Of a DNA stretch of 64,000 nucleotides, positions 29,850 through 39,717 are shown in pieces. The notes under the pieces are model-generated. The model was given only the letters and a program-made list of their open reading frames with translations, did no database searches and was not told the origin of the DNA. Position 1 is the stretch's first letter. The number at the start of each line of letters is the position of its first letter. The stretch covers positions 1,248,001 through 1,312,000 of the forward strand of contig OZ242221.1 of the NCBI GenBank assembly GCA_965206845.1, written 5' to 3'. Made by a program: the position numbers and the translations under genes. This stretch comes from Cenarchaeum sp. GTDB lineage: Archaea > Thermoproteota > Nitrososphaeria > Nitrososphaerales > Nitrosopumilaceae.

Positions 29850-31336
29850 TTAAATTGATCGAGAAAGTTCTTATCGCAAACAGAGGCGAGATTGCCCTCC
29901 GGGTAATCCGAACCTGCCGGGCGCTTGACGTCAAGACCGTGGCCGTCTTCTCAGACGAGGACTATGACTCCATGCACGTCAAGCAGGCAACAGAGGCGTA
30001 CCACATAGGCGAGGGCGCGCCGGCAAAGTCGTACCTGAACCAGGAGAAGATACTTGACGTGATACTCTCGTCGGGCGCCGACGCGGTGCACCCGGGGTAT
30101 GGATTCCTCTCCGAGAATGACGACTTTGCACTGGCATGCGAGAAGCGCGGCATCAACTTCATCGGCCCCGCCGCTGACTCGATGAGGCTCTGCGGCGACA
30201 AGATGGGATGCAAGGCGGCAATGCTCAAGGCCAGCATCCCCACGGTGCCCGGAAGCCCGGATCTTGTCAAGGATGCAGACGAGGCTGCCGGGATTGCAAG
30301 CGAGATCGGCTATCCGGTGCTGCTCAAGTCGGTGTACGGCGGCGGCGGACGCGGAATCCGACTTGTAAACAGCGAAGGGGATCTGCGGGATGCCTTTGAT
30401 ACCGTGACAGCCGAGTCCATAGCTGCCGTGGGCAAGTCCGCAATCCTGGTGGAGAAGTTCCTCCAGAAGACCCGCCACATCGAGTTTCAAATGGCCCGTG
30501 ACAGCCGCGGCAACGCAGTCCACATATTTGAGAGGGAGTGCTCCATCCAGCGCCGCAACCAGAAGCTCATCGAGCAGACACCGTCCCCGGTGATGGATCA
30601 GGAGACCCGGGACAGGATAGGCGAACTAGTGGTTCGTGCAGCCAACGCCGTGGACTACACCAACCTGGGCACCGCGGAGTTTCTGCGCGCCGACTCGGGG
30701 GACTTTTACTTTATCGAGATCAACGCCCGCCTTCAGGTCGAGCACCCGATCACCGAACTCGTGTCGGGCCTGGATCTGGTCAAGCTCCAGCTGGACATCG
30801 CCAACGGCGAGCCTCTCCCCTTCAAGCAGAAGGATCTCGTGATGAACGGGTACGCCATAGAGTGCAGAATAAACGCCGAGGACACGTTTCTGGACTTTGC
30901 CCCCTCGACCGGTCCCGTGCCTGATGTGACCGTGCCCTCGGGGCCCGGCGTGCGGTGCGACACGTATCTGTATCCCGGATGCACCGTATCATCGTTCTAC
31001 GACTCACTGATGGCCAAGCTGTGCACCTGGGGCCAGACCTTTGAGGAGTCCAGACTGAGAATGCTGGGCGCGCTCAGGGACTTTTACATATCCGGCGTCG
31101 AGACATCGATTCCGTTGTACCGAACGATTCTGGACACCGAGGAGTACAAACGCGGCCAGCTCACCACCGACTTCCTGAAGCGGTACGGCATTATAGACCG
31201 GCTGTCTGCAGACATCAAGTCCAGAGTGCGGGAGGGCGCCAATGCGGCCCTGGCAGCGGCAATAATCCACTCCGAGTATCTGGGAGCCAGGGTTGATGCC
31301 CCTGCACCAAACCCGTGGAGGTACGCACCTGGGTAG
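29846..31336 (+). CDS. accC: Biotin carboxylase subunit
   Basis: ANRGEIA, HPGYGFLSEN, GGGGRG, ERECSIQRRNQK and RLQVEHP motifs. Confidence 0.96.
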   Translation: MIKLIEKVLIANRGEIALRVIRTCRALDVKTVAVFSDEDYDSMHVKQATEAYHIGEGAPAKSYLNQEKILDVILSSGADAVHPGYGFLSENDDFALACEKRGINFIGPAADSMRLCGDKMGCKAAMLKASIPTVPGSPDLVKDADEAAGIASEIGYPVLLKSVYGGGGRGIRLVNSEGDLRDAFDTVTAESIAAVGKSAILVEKFLQKTRHIEFQMARDSRGNAVHIFERECSIQRRNQKLIEQTPSPVMDQETRDRIGELVVRAANAVDYTNLGTAEFLRADSGDFYFIEINARLQVEHPITELVSGLDLVKLQLDIANGEPLPFKQKDLVMNGYAIECRINAEDTFLDFAPSTGPVPDVTVPSGPGVRCDTYLYPGCTVSSFYDSLMAKLCTWGQTFEESRLRMLGALRDFYISGVETSIPLYRTILDTEEYKRGQLTTDFLKRYGIIDRLSADIKSRVREGANAALAAAIIHSEYLGARVDAPAPNPWRYAPG

Positions 31337-31340
31337 TGAC

Positions 31341-31850
31341 ATGGATTACAAGATAGAAGACGTCGGAACCTTTGCCGGCAGCATAGTGAAGAACCTCGGC
31401 AGCGGAAGCTACACAATCAGGATCAACGACACCGAGCACTCGTTGAAGATAATTAGCATGGATGCCAGGGGGGTTGAGTTTGTGCTGGATCGGGGCTACC
31501 ACCGGGCGGTGTACCTGGAGAGATCCACTGCCGAGTTTGGCATCAATGTGGATGGCACCACGGTAAAGGTGGGAATGCACCCGGATCTGGACGCCATAGT
31601 GTACAAGAACTCCGGCGCCGGCGGACAGGCAAACTCACAGCTGGTATTGAGGAGCCAGATACCTGGCAAGGTGGTCTCGATTGCAGTCGATGTGGGCACG
31701 ATGGTGGAGAAGGGCGACGTAGTCTGCACTTTGGAGTCCATGAAGATGCAGGTGGGCATCAAGGCACACAAGGCGGGTACCGTAAAGTCCATCAAGGCCA
31801 GTGTCGGCAACAGCGTCGCCAAGAACGACACCATCGCCGAGATCGAGTAA
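31341..31850 (+). CDS. accB: Biotin carboxyl carrier protein
   Basis: LESMKMQ biotinylation motif; third gene of the carboxylase operon. Confidence 0.93.
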   Translation: MDYKIEDVGTFAGSIVKNLGSGSYTIRINDTEHSLKIISMDARGVEFVLDRGYHRAVYLERSTAEFGINVDGTTVKVGMHPDLDAIVYKNSGAGGQANSQLVLRSQIPGKVVSIAVDVGTMVEKGDVVCTLESMKMQVGIKAHKAGTVKSIKASVGNSVAKNDTIAEIE

Positions 31851-31887
31851 AAACAGATTCAAATAAAACCGGTATTGGGCGCGTGCC

Positions 31888-32352
31888 CTAGCCGCTCTTC
31901 AGATATCTTTTGATCTCTTCATAGTCTGGCTCGTTTAGCGGACTCTCCGAGACCCACTTGTATCCGATCCTGCCGTCCTCGTCTATGATAAAGACCGATC
32001 TCTTTGCCGCGTCGTATCCCTTGATGTGCAGCAGGTCCGGCATCAGCACGTCGTAGTCCCGTATGGTCTTGCTCTTGTAGTCTGCCAGCACGGGAAAGTC
32101 AAACCCGTGTTTCTCCGCAAACGCCTTGTTTGCAAAGGGGCCGTCGTTGCTGATGGCAACAACCTGCGCATCCAGATCCTTGATCTCGTCCCGGGAGTCC
32201 TTAAACGTGCACAGCTCCCGTTCGCAGACCGGCGAGCTTGCGGCAACAAAGAACGACAGCACTATCTTCCTCCCTCTAAACTCGTCCAGGGTTCTCATCT
32301 TCATATCTGTATCTGGGAGCTCAAAGTCGGGTGCGGCATCTCCTACATTCAT
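31888..32352 (-). CDS. Peroxiredoxin (AhpC/TSA, BCP-like)
   Basis: GDAAPDF, peroxidatic C in SPVCERELC, and KRSVFIID motifs. Confidence 0.9.
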   Translation of the reverse strand: MNVGDAAPDFELPDTDMKMRTLDEFRGRKIVLSFFVAASSPVCERELCTFKDSRDEIKDLDAQVVAISNDGPFANKAFAEKHGFDFPVLADYKSKTIRDYDVLMPDLLHIKGYDAAKRSVFIIDEDGRIGYKWVSESPLNEPDYEEIKRYLKSG

Positions 32353-32563
32353 GGCATTTCTGCATTATGTGTCATATTAAGAACTTTTGTAACTGCTGGC
32401 CTTTGATCGCGGGTAAGCGTTCGTGCCCATTCTCAGATCAGTGCCTATGGGCATGGCCTGCATGGCAGCGGTTGGGCGCGAACGCCCACATGCAGCTAAT
32501 CATGCATATGATCCCCACTAATCCCTTGCAAGAACCTATATCCGACCACAAGCATGCATATAC

Positions 32564-33862
32564 ATGCGCAAGAACCAGATGGTCACGCTGGCAGTGTCTA
32601 TAGCTATCTTGGCTCTTTCGGTAATCGCCTCGCAGCCGACCAATCCCGCAAACCGTGCCCTGACCTCGCTGGCGGATGCAATATTGCCTGCGGGCGAAGG
32701 TGACTATACCGAGCTTCTCGAGGCCCTTGATGCGTATGCCGGTGGCTCGGTTACCCCCGATGCCGATCGCTTTGTCATGAAGGTAGTTGAGGACACGATA
32801 CGCGAATATGATCTTGACAGAGAGGGCACCTTGGAGCGCATAACGGCCCTTGAGGCTGACTACGAGGAGTATCCGTTTGTGCTTGATACTGAAAGCAGAA
32901 CCGTCATAGCCCATGGGGCGCTGCCGGAACGGATCGGGATGCCATCTCTGCTGTTCTCTGACGATGCCGACAGGCTGGCCGGTGATGTCCTGTCCGAGCT
33001 GCTGGAAGGCGGAGAGGGCACCGGTGTGTGGGTGGAATACCTGCTATTTGACGTCAACCTCGCCAACGATCAGCTCAAGCGCTCCTGGCTGGTCTTGCAT
33101 GACGGCGTCGCCTTCGGCGCCGGACACTACTTCCCAGCCGAGCTCCGGGTCAAGCAGGAGGTAGACAAGGCCATCTTTATGTACGATTTCCAGAAGGATC
33201 TTGCGTTTGACTACATCAACAGCTTGGCAGAAGTTCCATATCCGTACTATGTGGCGGTGATAGACATCAAGTCGGCAGAGGTCAGGGCCCACGGCGCATT
33301 TCCGGAAGAGACTGTCGGAACCAAGGTCAGCCAGTCACGCGAGGGACTGACGGATCTGGAGTACGGTGACGCCTTCTGGCTGTACGTGCAGAACAAGAAC
33401 CCAATGACCGGCCTGACAGACCAGAAACGCGTCTGGGTGGTGTCTCACGACGGGCACTACTTCTCATCAGGGTACTATTACTATGCAGAGGACAAGTCCA
33501 ATTTCACTGTAGACCGAGCGGTGGATCTCTATGTGGAGCTGGGCAGGGATGAGGCATTTTCCCAAATCACCTCCTTGGAGTCCAGCGATCCGTACTATCC
33601 CTTTGTTGTAGATCCGACTACCAGAAAGGTCGTGGCGCACGGAGCATTTCCGCATCTGGTCGGGGTGGACTCTGTACTGATCGCCACGGATGAAAACATA
33701 GCCGCCCTGCAGGCAAACACGATCGCATGGACAGACTACGAGTTTGAGAACCCTCGCACCGGCGAGCTTGAGCATAAGAGGACGCACATGCGCCTTCACG
33801 ACGGGTACATCTTCGGATCCGGATTTTACTTCACTACGTTTGGCGTCTCGGCGGGAGGATGA
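32564..33862 (+). CDS. Secreted or membrane-anchored protein with three tandem Cache-like domains and no output domain
   Basis: N-terminal hydrophobic leader; three repeats YPFV-x-D...AHG...W..Y...K...HDG..F..G.Y; shares NDQLKRSWLVLHDG with the 21224-24331 protein. Confidence 0.8.
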   Translation: MRKNQMVTLAVSIAILALSVIASQPTNPANRALTSLADAILPAGEGDYTELLEALDAYAGGSVTPDADRFVMKVVEDTIREYDLDREGTLERITALEADYEEYPFVLDTESRTVIAHGALPERIGMPSLLFSDDADRLAGDVLSELLEGGEGTGVWVEYLLFDVNLANDQLKRSWLVLHDGVAFGAGHYFPAELRVKQEVDKAIFMYDFQKDLAFDYINSLAEVPYPYYVAVIDIKSAEVRAHGAFPEETVGTKVSQSREGLTDLEYGDAFWLYVQNKNPMTGLTDQKRVWVVSHDGHYFSSGYYYYAEDKSNFTVDRAVDLYVELGRDEAFSQITSLESSDPYYPFVVDPTTRKVVAHGAFPHLVGVDSVLIATDENIAALQANTIAWTDYEFENPRTGELEHKRTHMRLHDGYIFGSGFYFTTFGVSAGG

Positions 33863-34318
33863 TGCTCTTCCGTATGGCGCATGGCGCTCCACTGCGAAGC
33901 GAAGAATGCGTCTGGGGGCTGCCGGCTGCGCGGGACCACCTGCGCCTATAGCCTGAAGCCCAAGGCCGGTTAACACAAGAGGCACCATGCGCCTATATGT
34001 ACGCCTGGTGCGGCTCCTCAAGCAAGCGCCGTGTAAGCGCTCACGCCCCCTTAATCCACGCCTAACTGCCACCATGCAGGCATACCTGTGGGCACGGATC
34101 GAGAATGGACGTGAACGCATACCTGCGGGCAACCCATTGGGATACATTCTCACGTCCATGATGCACCTGGGCGTAAAAACACACGACGGTGTGCAAAACT
34201 GTGCTTAGTTTTGATCTGAACCTAAGGATGCACTACTTGAGGTAACAGGTTACGTTCAGCACGAGGTCAATTTCAGTAACCATGGTGATCTAAATCCTGC
34301 CACACCCAAATCACTCCG

Positions 34319-34642
34319 TTGTCAAACCCAGAGATCAAGATACTGCGAGACGAGCTGGCCAGGATAATAGCGGGGAACCAGAAGAGGGACCTGCTAATTG
34401 AGGAACTGATGCGTGCGCTGGAGGAGGAGAAGCGGGCAATGGCGGAGGTGATCATGGAGAATGACTCCCTCAAGAGACGCCTGAAGATCTACGAGAACCC
34501 CCACGCCCGCCGTCGCACGGCAGCGTGCCTGCACAGCAAAAGAAGGCGCGCTCTGCAAAAGGGATCAAGCCGTCCGGCCGGACCGCAGAAAAGACGGGCG
34601 GAACACATGCCCGCTAATGCTTTTATTGCTGCACCGGCTTGA
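34319..34642 (+). pseudogene. IS66-like transposase N-terminal remnant
   Basis: Coiled-coil segment ending L-x-x-YENPH; a frameshift near 34506 gives PPSHGSVPAQQKK, resembling the N-x-x-x-PPS motif of IS66 transposases. Confidence 0.55.
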
Positions 34643-34719
34643 AATTGTATGATATGCCCATTTAGTTCCGCACCCGCCCCTCAGATATGTGGACGGGACA
34701 GGCCGGAAGGGAGAAATGC

Positions 34720-35364
34720 ATGAACACGTTCGGCATGAGCAAGGACATGGTCCGAGTGCTCAACAGACTCAACTCACAGTCGATATCTGAGAGAAGGGAG
34801 GATGACGAGATACCGCCTGATGAAGCAGGGGTCGGGGACATAAAACCTCACAGTCCGCGCATGTTTGCAATAACAGAAGACAGCGCGGTATTCCTCAACA
34901 TACTGGTTCGCAGCGCTGGATTCGCCAACGTGCTTGAGGTAGGCATGTCTGTAGGATACTCGACCATATGGTTCGCCGAAGCCGCAGGGCACAACGGGGG
35001 CAGAGTAACTACGATAGAGCGTACCCCGTCAAAGATAACCAGGGCGCAAGCGAATATCGCCGAAGCAGGAGTCTCGAACGTAACCATACTTGAAGGCACG
35101 GCGCTAGACACCATGCGCGGCATGGACGAGGAATTTGATTTTGTACTTATTGATGCTGACAAGGGGAACGCACCCAAATACTTTGATCTTGCCCTAAGCA
35201 TGCTCAGGCCCGGTGGGATGATAGCGGTTGACAATATGACATATCCGGCCAGGTATCGGAGCATGATGGACGCGCTGGCGCGCCATATTCGCTCAATACC
35301 GCAAGTCCGCACCGTAACCGTTCCCATCGGGAACGGCATAGAGATATCCACAAAGTTATCTTAA
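34720..35364 (+). CDS. Class I SAM-dependent O-methyltransferase
   Basis: VLEVGMSVGYST, FDFVLIDADK and LRPGG-x-I-x-x-DN motifs. Confidence 0.88.
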   Translation: MNTFGMSKDMVRVLNRLNSQSISERREDDEIPPDEAGVGDIKPHSPRMFAITEDSAVFLNILVRSAGFANVLEVGMSVGYSTIWFAEAAGHNGGRVTTIERTPSKITRAQANIAEAGVSNVTILEGTALDTMRGMDEEFDFVLIDADKGNAPKYFDLALSMLRPGGMIAVDNMTYPARYRSMMDALARHIRSIPQVRTVTVPIGNGIEISTKLS

Positions 35365-35790
35365 GCGGGGCTCCCCTGCCGGTACTGCAGCATCCCGTAA
35401 GTCTGCCGCCTATCGGCGCACCGCTCCATGACATCCGCGCTTGCACCTTTCTACAGGGCATCCGGCCCTGCCAAACGCGGAGTCACGCGTACCCAACCGC
35501 AGGCACGCGCGTGAACCGTATCTGCGATCTTCACCGGGGTATCGACCCGCCATGTGGCCTGGAACGAGTCGGACACATATCCGTTCGCGACCATTCCCCA
35601 ACACCGCCTTCGTCCTTTTGCTGGAACTGGGCCGAAGTTAACTAAACTGGTCCCTCAACCCAACGTATGTGCTGCGGACTCGTCGGCCAGGTGCTACTTT
35701 TGAGGGCGGCCCAGGCAATCTGACGGGAACGGTTCGGAAGATTTGGACACCAGGTGCCTGCCTTTTGACTGCGCATGGGTCTTGGCAGGA

Positions 35791-36594
35791 TCAGAAGCAG
35801 GAGTTGCAGTGAATTACGGCAGGCCGCAGTACCGTGATGCCTATCATGAATGCCAGATAGATGAGCGTCCCCACTTGAGTTGCGATCAAAATCATCTTGA
35901 GCCTCTTTGGGTCCATGGCAGTAGAGAATCTTGAACCCACTATCCCACCGATCATTCCGGCCGATCCCATGACGCCAAGAAGTATGAAGTTCATGTTGCC
36001 CTGGGCAAGATGCGCCAAAACACCGCATACGCCAATTACGGCCGAGAACGCCAGAGTGGTTCCGATCAACATCTTCGGATCCCCCTTAACCACGTGAACC
36101 AGCGAGCCCAGTATGATGCTGGCAAATATTATGCCCATCAGACCGCTCAGTGATCCGACGACGAGGCCGGTCAGGTATTGCCTTACGTGCCGTCCCGTAC
36201 CGGTCTGCTGGATCTCCTGAGAATCCACCTTTGCGATCCCACTGCGGCCTATGCGGTAGATGCTCCATGCCATCGATATTGCTATCATTACCAGCACTAA
36301 CAGGCTGGGAAGCAGGACGGTAAAGAACGATGCTACGACACATCCTGCGACCCCTGTACTTGCCATAGTAAGGAATGCCTTACGGTGTATGTGGCCGGCT
36401 TTAATGTATGAGAGAGCAGCACTCACCGTGACCATCGCAGTAATGCCGATGGTTGTTCCCACGGCCGCCGGCACCGAAGACTCGACATGGGCAACGACCG
36501 TAAAGCGCCCCAGATTGAGGCCCGACATACTGGTGATGGCTCCCATAAAAAGGCTGACGGCGCCCACGACTGCGATATCGAGCAGCTCTACCAT
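35791..36594 (-). CDS. Sulfite exporter TauE/SafE (DUF81) family membrane protein
   Basis: About 8 TM helices in two related halves, with A-V-G-T and L-I-G-T motifs; start estimated at ATG 36594. Confidence 0.7.
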   Translation of the reverse strand: MVELLDIAVVGAVSLFMGAITSMSGLNLGRFTVVAHVESSVPAAVGTTIGITAMVTVSAALSYIKAGHIHRKAFLTMASTGVAGCVVASFFTVLLPSLLVLVMIAISMAWSIYRIGRSGIAKVDSQEIQQTGTGRHVRQYLTGLVVGSLSGLMGIIFASIILGSLVHVVKGDPKMLIGTTLAFSAVIGVCGVLAHLAQGNMNFILLGVMGSAGMIGGIVGSRFSTAMDPKRLKMILIATQVGTLIYLAFMIGITVLRPAVIHCNSCF

Positions 36595-36660
36595 AACCGA
36601 TAGAAACAGGCGTCCCTTGTTAATTTTGTGTCGGAGACGGGAATATGCGTTTCGGCTCAA

Positions 36661-37057
36661 CACAAAGATCTATGGCTGCCCGGTAGGCGAGCCCGCATGC
36701 CCAATCTGAATGCCAAGCTGCTACGGGATGAGCTGGCCAAGATAATCGGTGGAACATGGCCAAGGAGAAGAAGGGGGAGCGGCGCCAACAAAACCCTGTG
36801 GGGAGACGAGGCCGCAAGAGAGGCTGTAGGGGCTACGCGATCAGCCGCAAGGCCACACAGACCATCCGGAGCGGTTCCCAAAGATGCGTATCCTGCAGCA
36901 GCCACAACCTGACGGCGGTAAGCGCTGCCGGTAATGACGTGATCGACATACCCGCCATGCACCGTATTCTTCACTGGGTGATGTCTGCCAGGGGTGCAGC
37001 TTGGTGTCCAGATTGGGCATGTGGGCTCACCGATCGTGGCGTTTATAGATCTCTGTG
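36661..37057. repeat. Imperfect ~60-bp inverted repeat (36661-36721 / 36996-37057) made of IS66-like 5' fragments
   Basis: CACA(A/G)AGATCTAT…G(C/T)GAGCCC(G/A)CATGCCCAATCTG…CCAAGCTGC on both strands; the + copy encodes MPNLNAKLLRDELAKIIG, similar to the 34319 remnant. Confidence 0.65.
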
Positions 37058-37124
37058 CCGAGCCAAGACGTGTTAGATTTTTCTGCATACGTTTTTATAT
37101 TATTCTCAGAGCTTCAAAGCTACC

Positions 37125-37499
37125 TTGGTGGGCGAAGTCGCAGGTAGTTATAGTACAATCCTGATGATGTTTGGCTTTGCCGTTGTCGCCACGGCGCCCG
37201 CGCTGCTGATATCGAGGATAGTGGCTCCGCGCAGGAGGCACAATCCGGTCAAGTTCCTTCCCATGGAGTGCGGCCAGGTTCCCAGTGGCGAGGGAAGAAC
37301 CCATTTTATGATGCAGTACTATGCGTATATTCTCATGTTTGTCATCTTTGATGTCATGGCCATATTCCTATACGCCTGGGGCAGCACGCTGCTGAGCCTT
37401 CCCAACACGGCCACGCTGCCAATCATAGCATTCCTGGGGATAATGTTTGCCGCTATGGCCTTTGCACTGTCCCATTCAAGGAGGCGCAACATTTGGTAA
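37125..37499 (+). CDS. nuoA: Complex I subunit A
   Basis: ECG loop, F-x-I-FDV motif and 3 TM helices. Confidence 0.92.
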   Translation: MVGEVAGSYSTILMMFGFAVVATAPALLISRIVAPRRRHNPVKFLPMECGQVPSGEGRTHFMMQYYAYILMFVIFDVMAIFLYAWGSTLLSLPNTATLPIIAFLGIMFAAMAFALSHSRRRNIW

Positions 37500-37524
37500 C
37501 TAACACGCACGCGAGGGGTTCAAA

Positions 37525-38049
37525 CTGCTAAAGGATCTCATAACCCCGCAGAACGCCAACGTATTTGTCGGCAAGCTGGGAGACATGCTGGAGAAGGCAA
37601 TCGACAAGCCGTTGGGGTACGCCATCAGCTGGGGCCGCATATGGTCGCTGTGGCCGGTGCACATCGAGACAGCATGCTGCAGCGTCGAGTTCGGCGCCGC
37701 GTCGGGCCCGCGGTACGACGTCGAGAGGTTCGGCATCATCGAGGCCTTTGGCTCGCTGCGGCAGTGTGATCTTATCGTGGTTCAGGGGACCATAACAAGA
37801 AAGATGGCCCCGCGCCTCAGGCTGGTCTACGATCAGATGCCGGAGCCCAAGTACGTGATCGCCATGGGGGCATGCGCCATCACCGGCGGCCTGTACTTTG
37901 ATTCATACAATGTCCTTCCGGGCATCGACAACGTGATTCCGGTAGACGTGTACGTGCCCGGCTGCCCGCCACGGCCCGAGACGCTGATACAGGGCTGCAT
38001 GCTGCTACAGGAGAAGATCAAGAGAATGAAGGTCAGGAAGGCGGTATGA
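37525..38049 (+). CDS. nuoB: Complex I subunit B (probable CTG start at 37525; first ATG at 37585)
   Basis: TACCSVE, MGAC-x-x-x-GG and YVPGCPPRPE motifs. Confidence 0.93.
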   Translation: MLKDLITPQNANVFVGKLGDMLEKAIDKPLGYAISWGRIWSLWPVHIETACCSVEFGAASGPRYDVERFGIIEAFGSLRQCDLIVVQGTITRKMAPRLRLVYDQMPEPKYVIAMGACAITGGLYFDSYNVLPGIDNVIPVDVYVPGCPPRPETLIQGCMLLQEKIKRMKVRKAV

Positions 38050-38579
38050 GCGAACAGCTGGTGCCTGCGGAGCAGGAAGGCAGCCTTGCCGGCCCAGAGA
38101 TGAACATGGCAGAGATGATACGCGCCAAGTTCGGCGACGGCGCCAGGATAGACGTGATCAAGCCGGGCCGCATCGGCGTTACCGCGACGAAGGAGGATGT
38201 CGTTGATGTTGCCAGATTTATCCGTGACGATCTGGGCTTTGATCACGCCGAGTCAGTCAGCGGGGTCGATTATCCGGCAGACGGCGAGATCGAGGTGGTG
38301 TATCACTTGGGATCATACACCGATGACTCCCTGGCGGGCCACGTACTCACGCTTGCCACAAGGGTGCCCCGGGAGGAGAAGCCGGATCCGGGAAACGACT
38401 CGACGCGGCTGCCCAGCCTCCGCGATGTCTTCTACAGCGTTGAGTTCCACGAGAGGGAGTGCTTTGAGATGCTGGGGGTATACTTTGAAGGACATCCGGA
38501 CAACAGGCGGCTGCTTCTGCCCGAGGACTGGGCAGATCTGCCACCTATGAGAAAAGACTTTAAGATAAAGGGAAGATAG
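38046..38579 (+). CDS. nuoC: Complex I subunit C
   Basis: GVDY, ERE-x-x-EM-x-G-x-x-F-x-GHP and P-M-RKDF motifs. Confidence 0.93.
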   Translation: MSEQLVPAEQEGSLAGPEMNMAEMIRAKFGDGARIDVIKPGRIGVTATKEDVVDVARFIRDDLGFDHAESVSGVDYPADGEIEVVYHLGSYTDDSLAGHVLTLATRVPREEKPDPGNDSTRLPSLRDVFYSVEFHERECFEMLGVYFEGHPDNRRLLLPEDWADLPPMRKDFKIKGR

Positions 38580-38583
38580 AGTC

Positions 38584-39717
38584 ATGGACCGACAGCTACC
38601 GCCGGGACTACAGATCGAGCCCGTAGATGATCGAATAATGACCCTTAACGTGGGCCCGCAGCACCCGGGCTCTGGGCATATGAGGCTGATCATCAAGGTG
38701 GACGGCGACTATATCGTCTCGTGCGATCCAGACCCCGGGTACGTCCACAGGGGGGAAGAGAAGATGGCCGAGTACCGGAACTACATAACCAACATCCCGC
38801 ACCTTGAGAGGCCGGTAATACATGACTCGTGCAACATCTTATACCCGTACTGCCTGGGGGTCGAGGATCTGTTGGGCATCGAGGTTCCCGAGCGCGCCAA
38901 ATACGTCCGGGTGATCGCCTCGGAGCTGAACCGCTGCATATACACCCAGTACTGGCTTGCAATATACGGAATCTTCTTGGGCCACTCTACCATGTTCATG
39001 TGGCCCACCGGCGACCGTGAGCTCATCATAGACCTGATGGAGAAGATGACCGGCGCCCGCGTGACCCATGCATACTTTGTGCCCGGCGGTACCAGAAACG
39101 ACCTCCCGGCAAACTTTGAGGACGTCTGCCTAAGGCAGGTGAACTATTTTGAGAAGCGGCTCAGGGAGTACGGCGATATCTTCTACGACAACCCGGTTCT
39201 CATATCCAGAACCCGAGACACCGGCATACTCTCACGGGACGATGCCATACGGCTGGGCACCACTGGCTCTGTTCTGCGCGCCAGCGGCGTCGACTACGAC
39301 CTGCGCAAAAAGGAACCGTACGACGCCTACGAGGAGCTTGACATCCACACCAACGTGATGAAGGAGGGCGACTCGTACGCCCGCTCCAAGGTGCCCTGGC
39401 TTGACATGCTGGAGAGCTGCAACATAATACGCCAGGCGCTTGAGAAGATGCCAAAGTCGGGCTCGGTGCGAGTAAAGCTAAAGCCCAACCCCAAGGGCGG
39501 TGACGAGTCAGTCTACAGGCGCGTCGAGTCCGGTCGCGGTTCCCTAGGGTGTTACATAGTATCAAACAAGCGGCCCGAGCCCTACCGGGTCAAGCTGAGC
39601 GTGGGCTCGTTCCGAAACCTGATCTGCATGCCATACCTGCTGAAAGGGGAGAAGCTGGGAAACATGCCCTCGGTATACTGGAGCCTGAACTACTGGCCCG
39701 TGGAGGCTGACCGATAG
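38584..39717 (+). CDS. nuoD: Complex I subunit D
   Basis: NVGPQHP, GYVHRG-x-EK and GSVLRASGV motifs; C-terminal EADR. Confidence 0.95.
   Translation: MDRQLPPGLQIEPVDDRIMTLNVGPQHPGSGHMRLIIKVDGDYIVSCDPDPGYVHRGEEKMAEYRNYITNIPHLERPVIHDSCNILYPYCLGVEDLLGIEVPERAKYVRVIASELNRCIYTQYWLAIYGIFLGHSTMFMWPTGDRELIIDLMEKMTGARVTHAYFVPGGTRNDLPANFEDVCLRQVNYFEKRLREYGDIFYDNPVLISRTRDTGILSRDDAIRLGTTGSVLRASGVDYDLRKKEPYDAYEELDIHTNVMKEGDSYARSKVPWLDMLESCNIIRQALEKMPKSGSVRVKLKPNPKGGDESVYRRVESGRGSLGCYIVSNKRPEPYRVKLSVGSFRNLICMPYLLKGEKLGNMPSVYWSLNYWPVEADR

Noticed and set aside
34079-34131. 15-bp imperfect direct repeat GCATACCTG(T/C)GGGCA
   Set aside because: Only two copies with no further structure; insufficient for a call.
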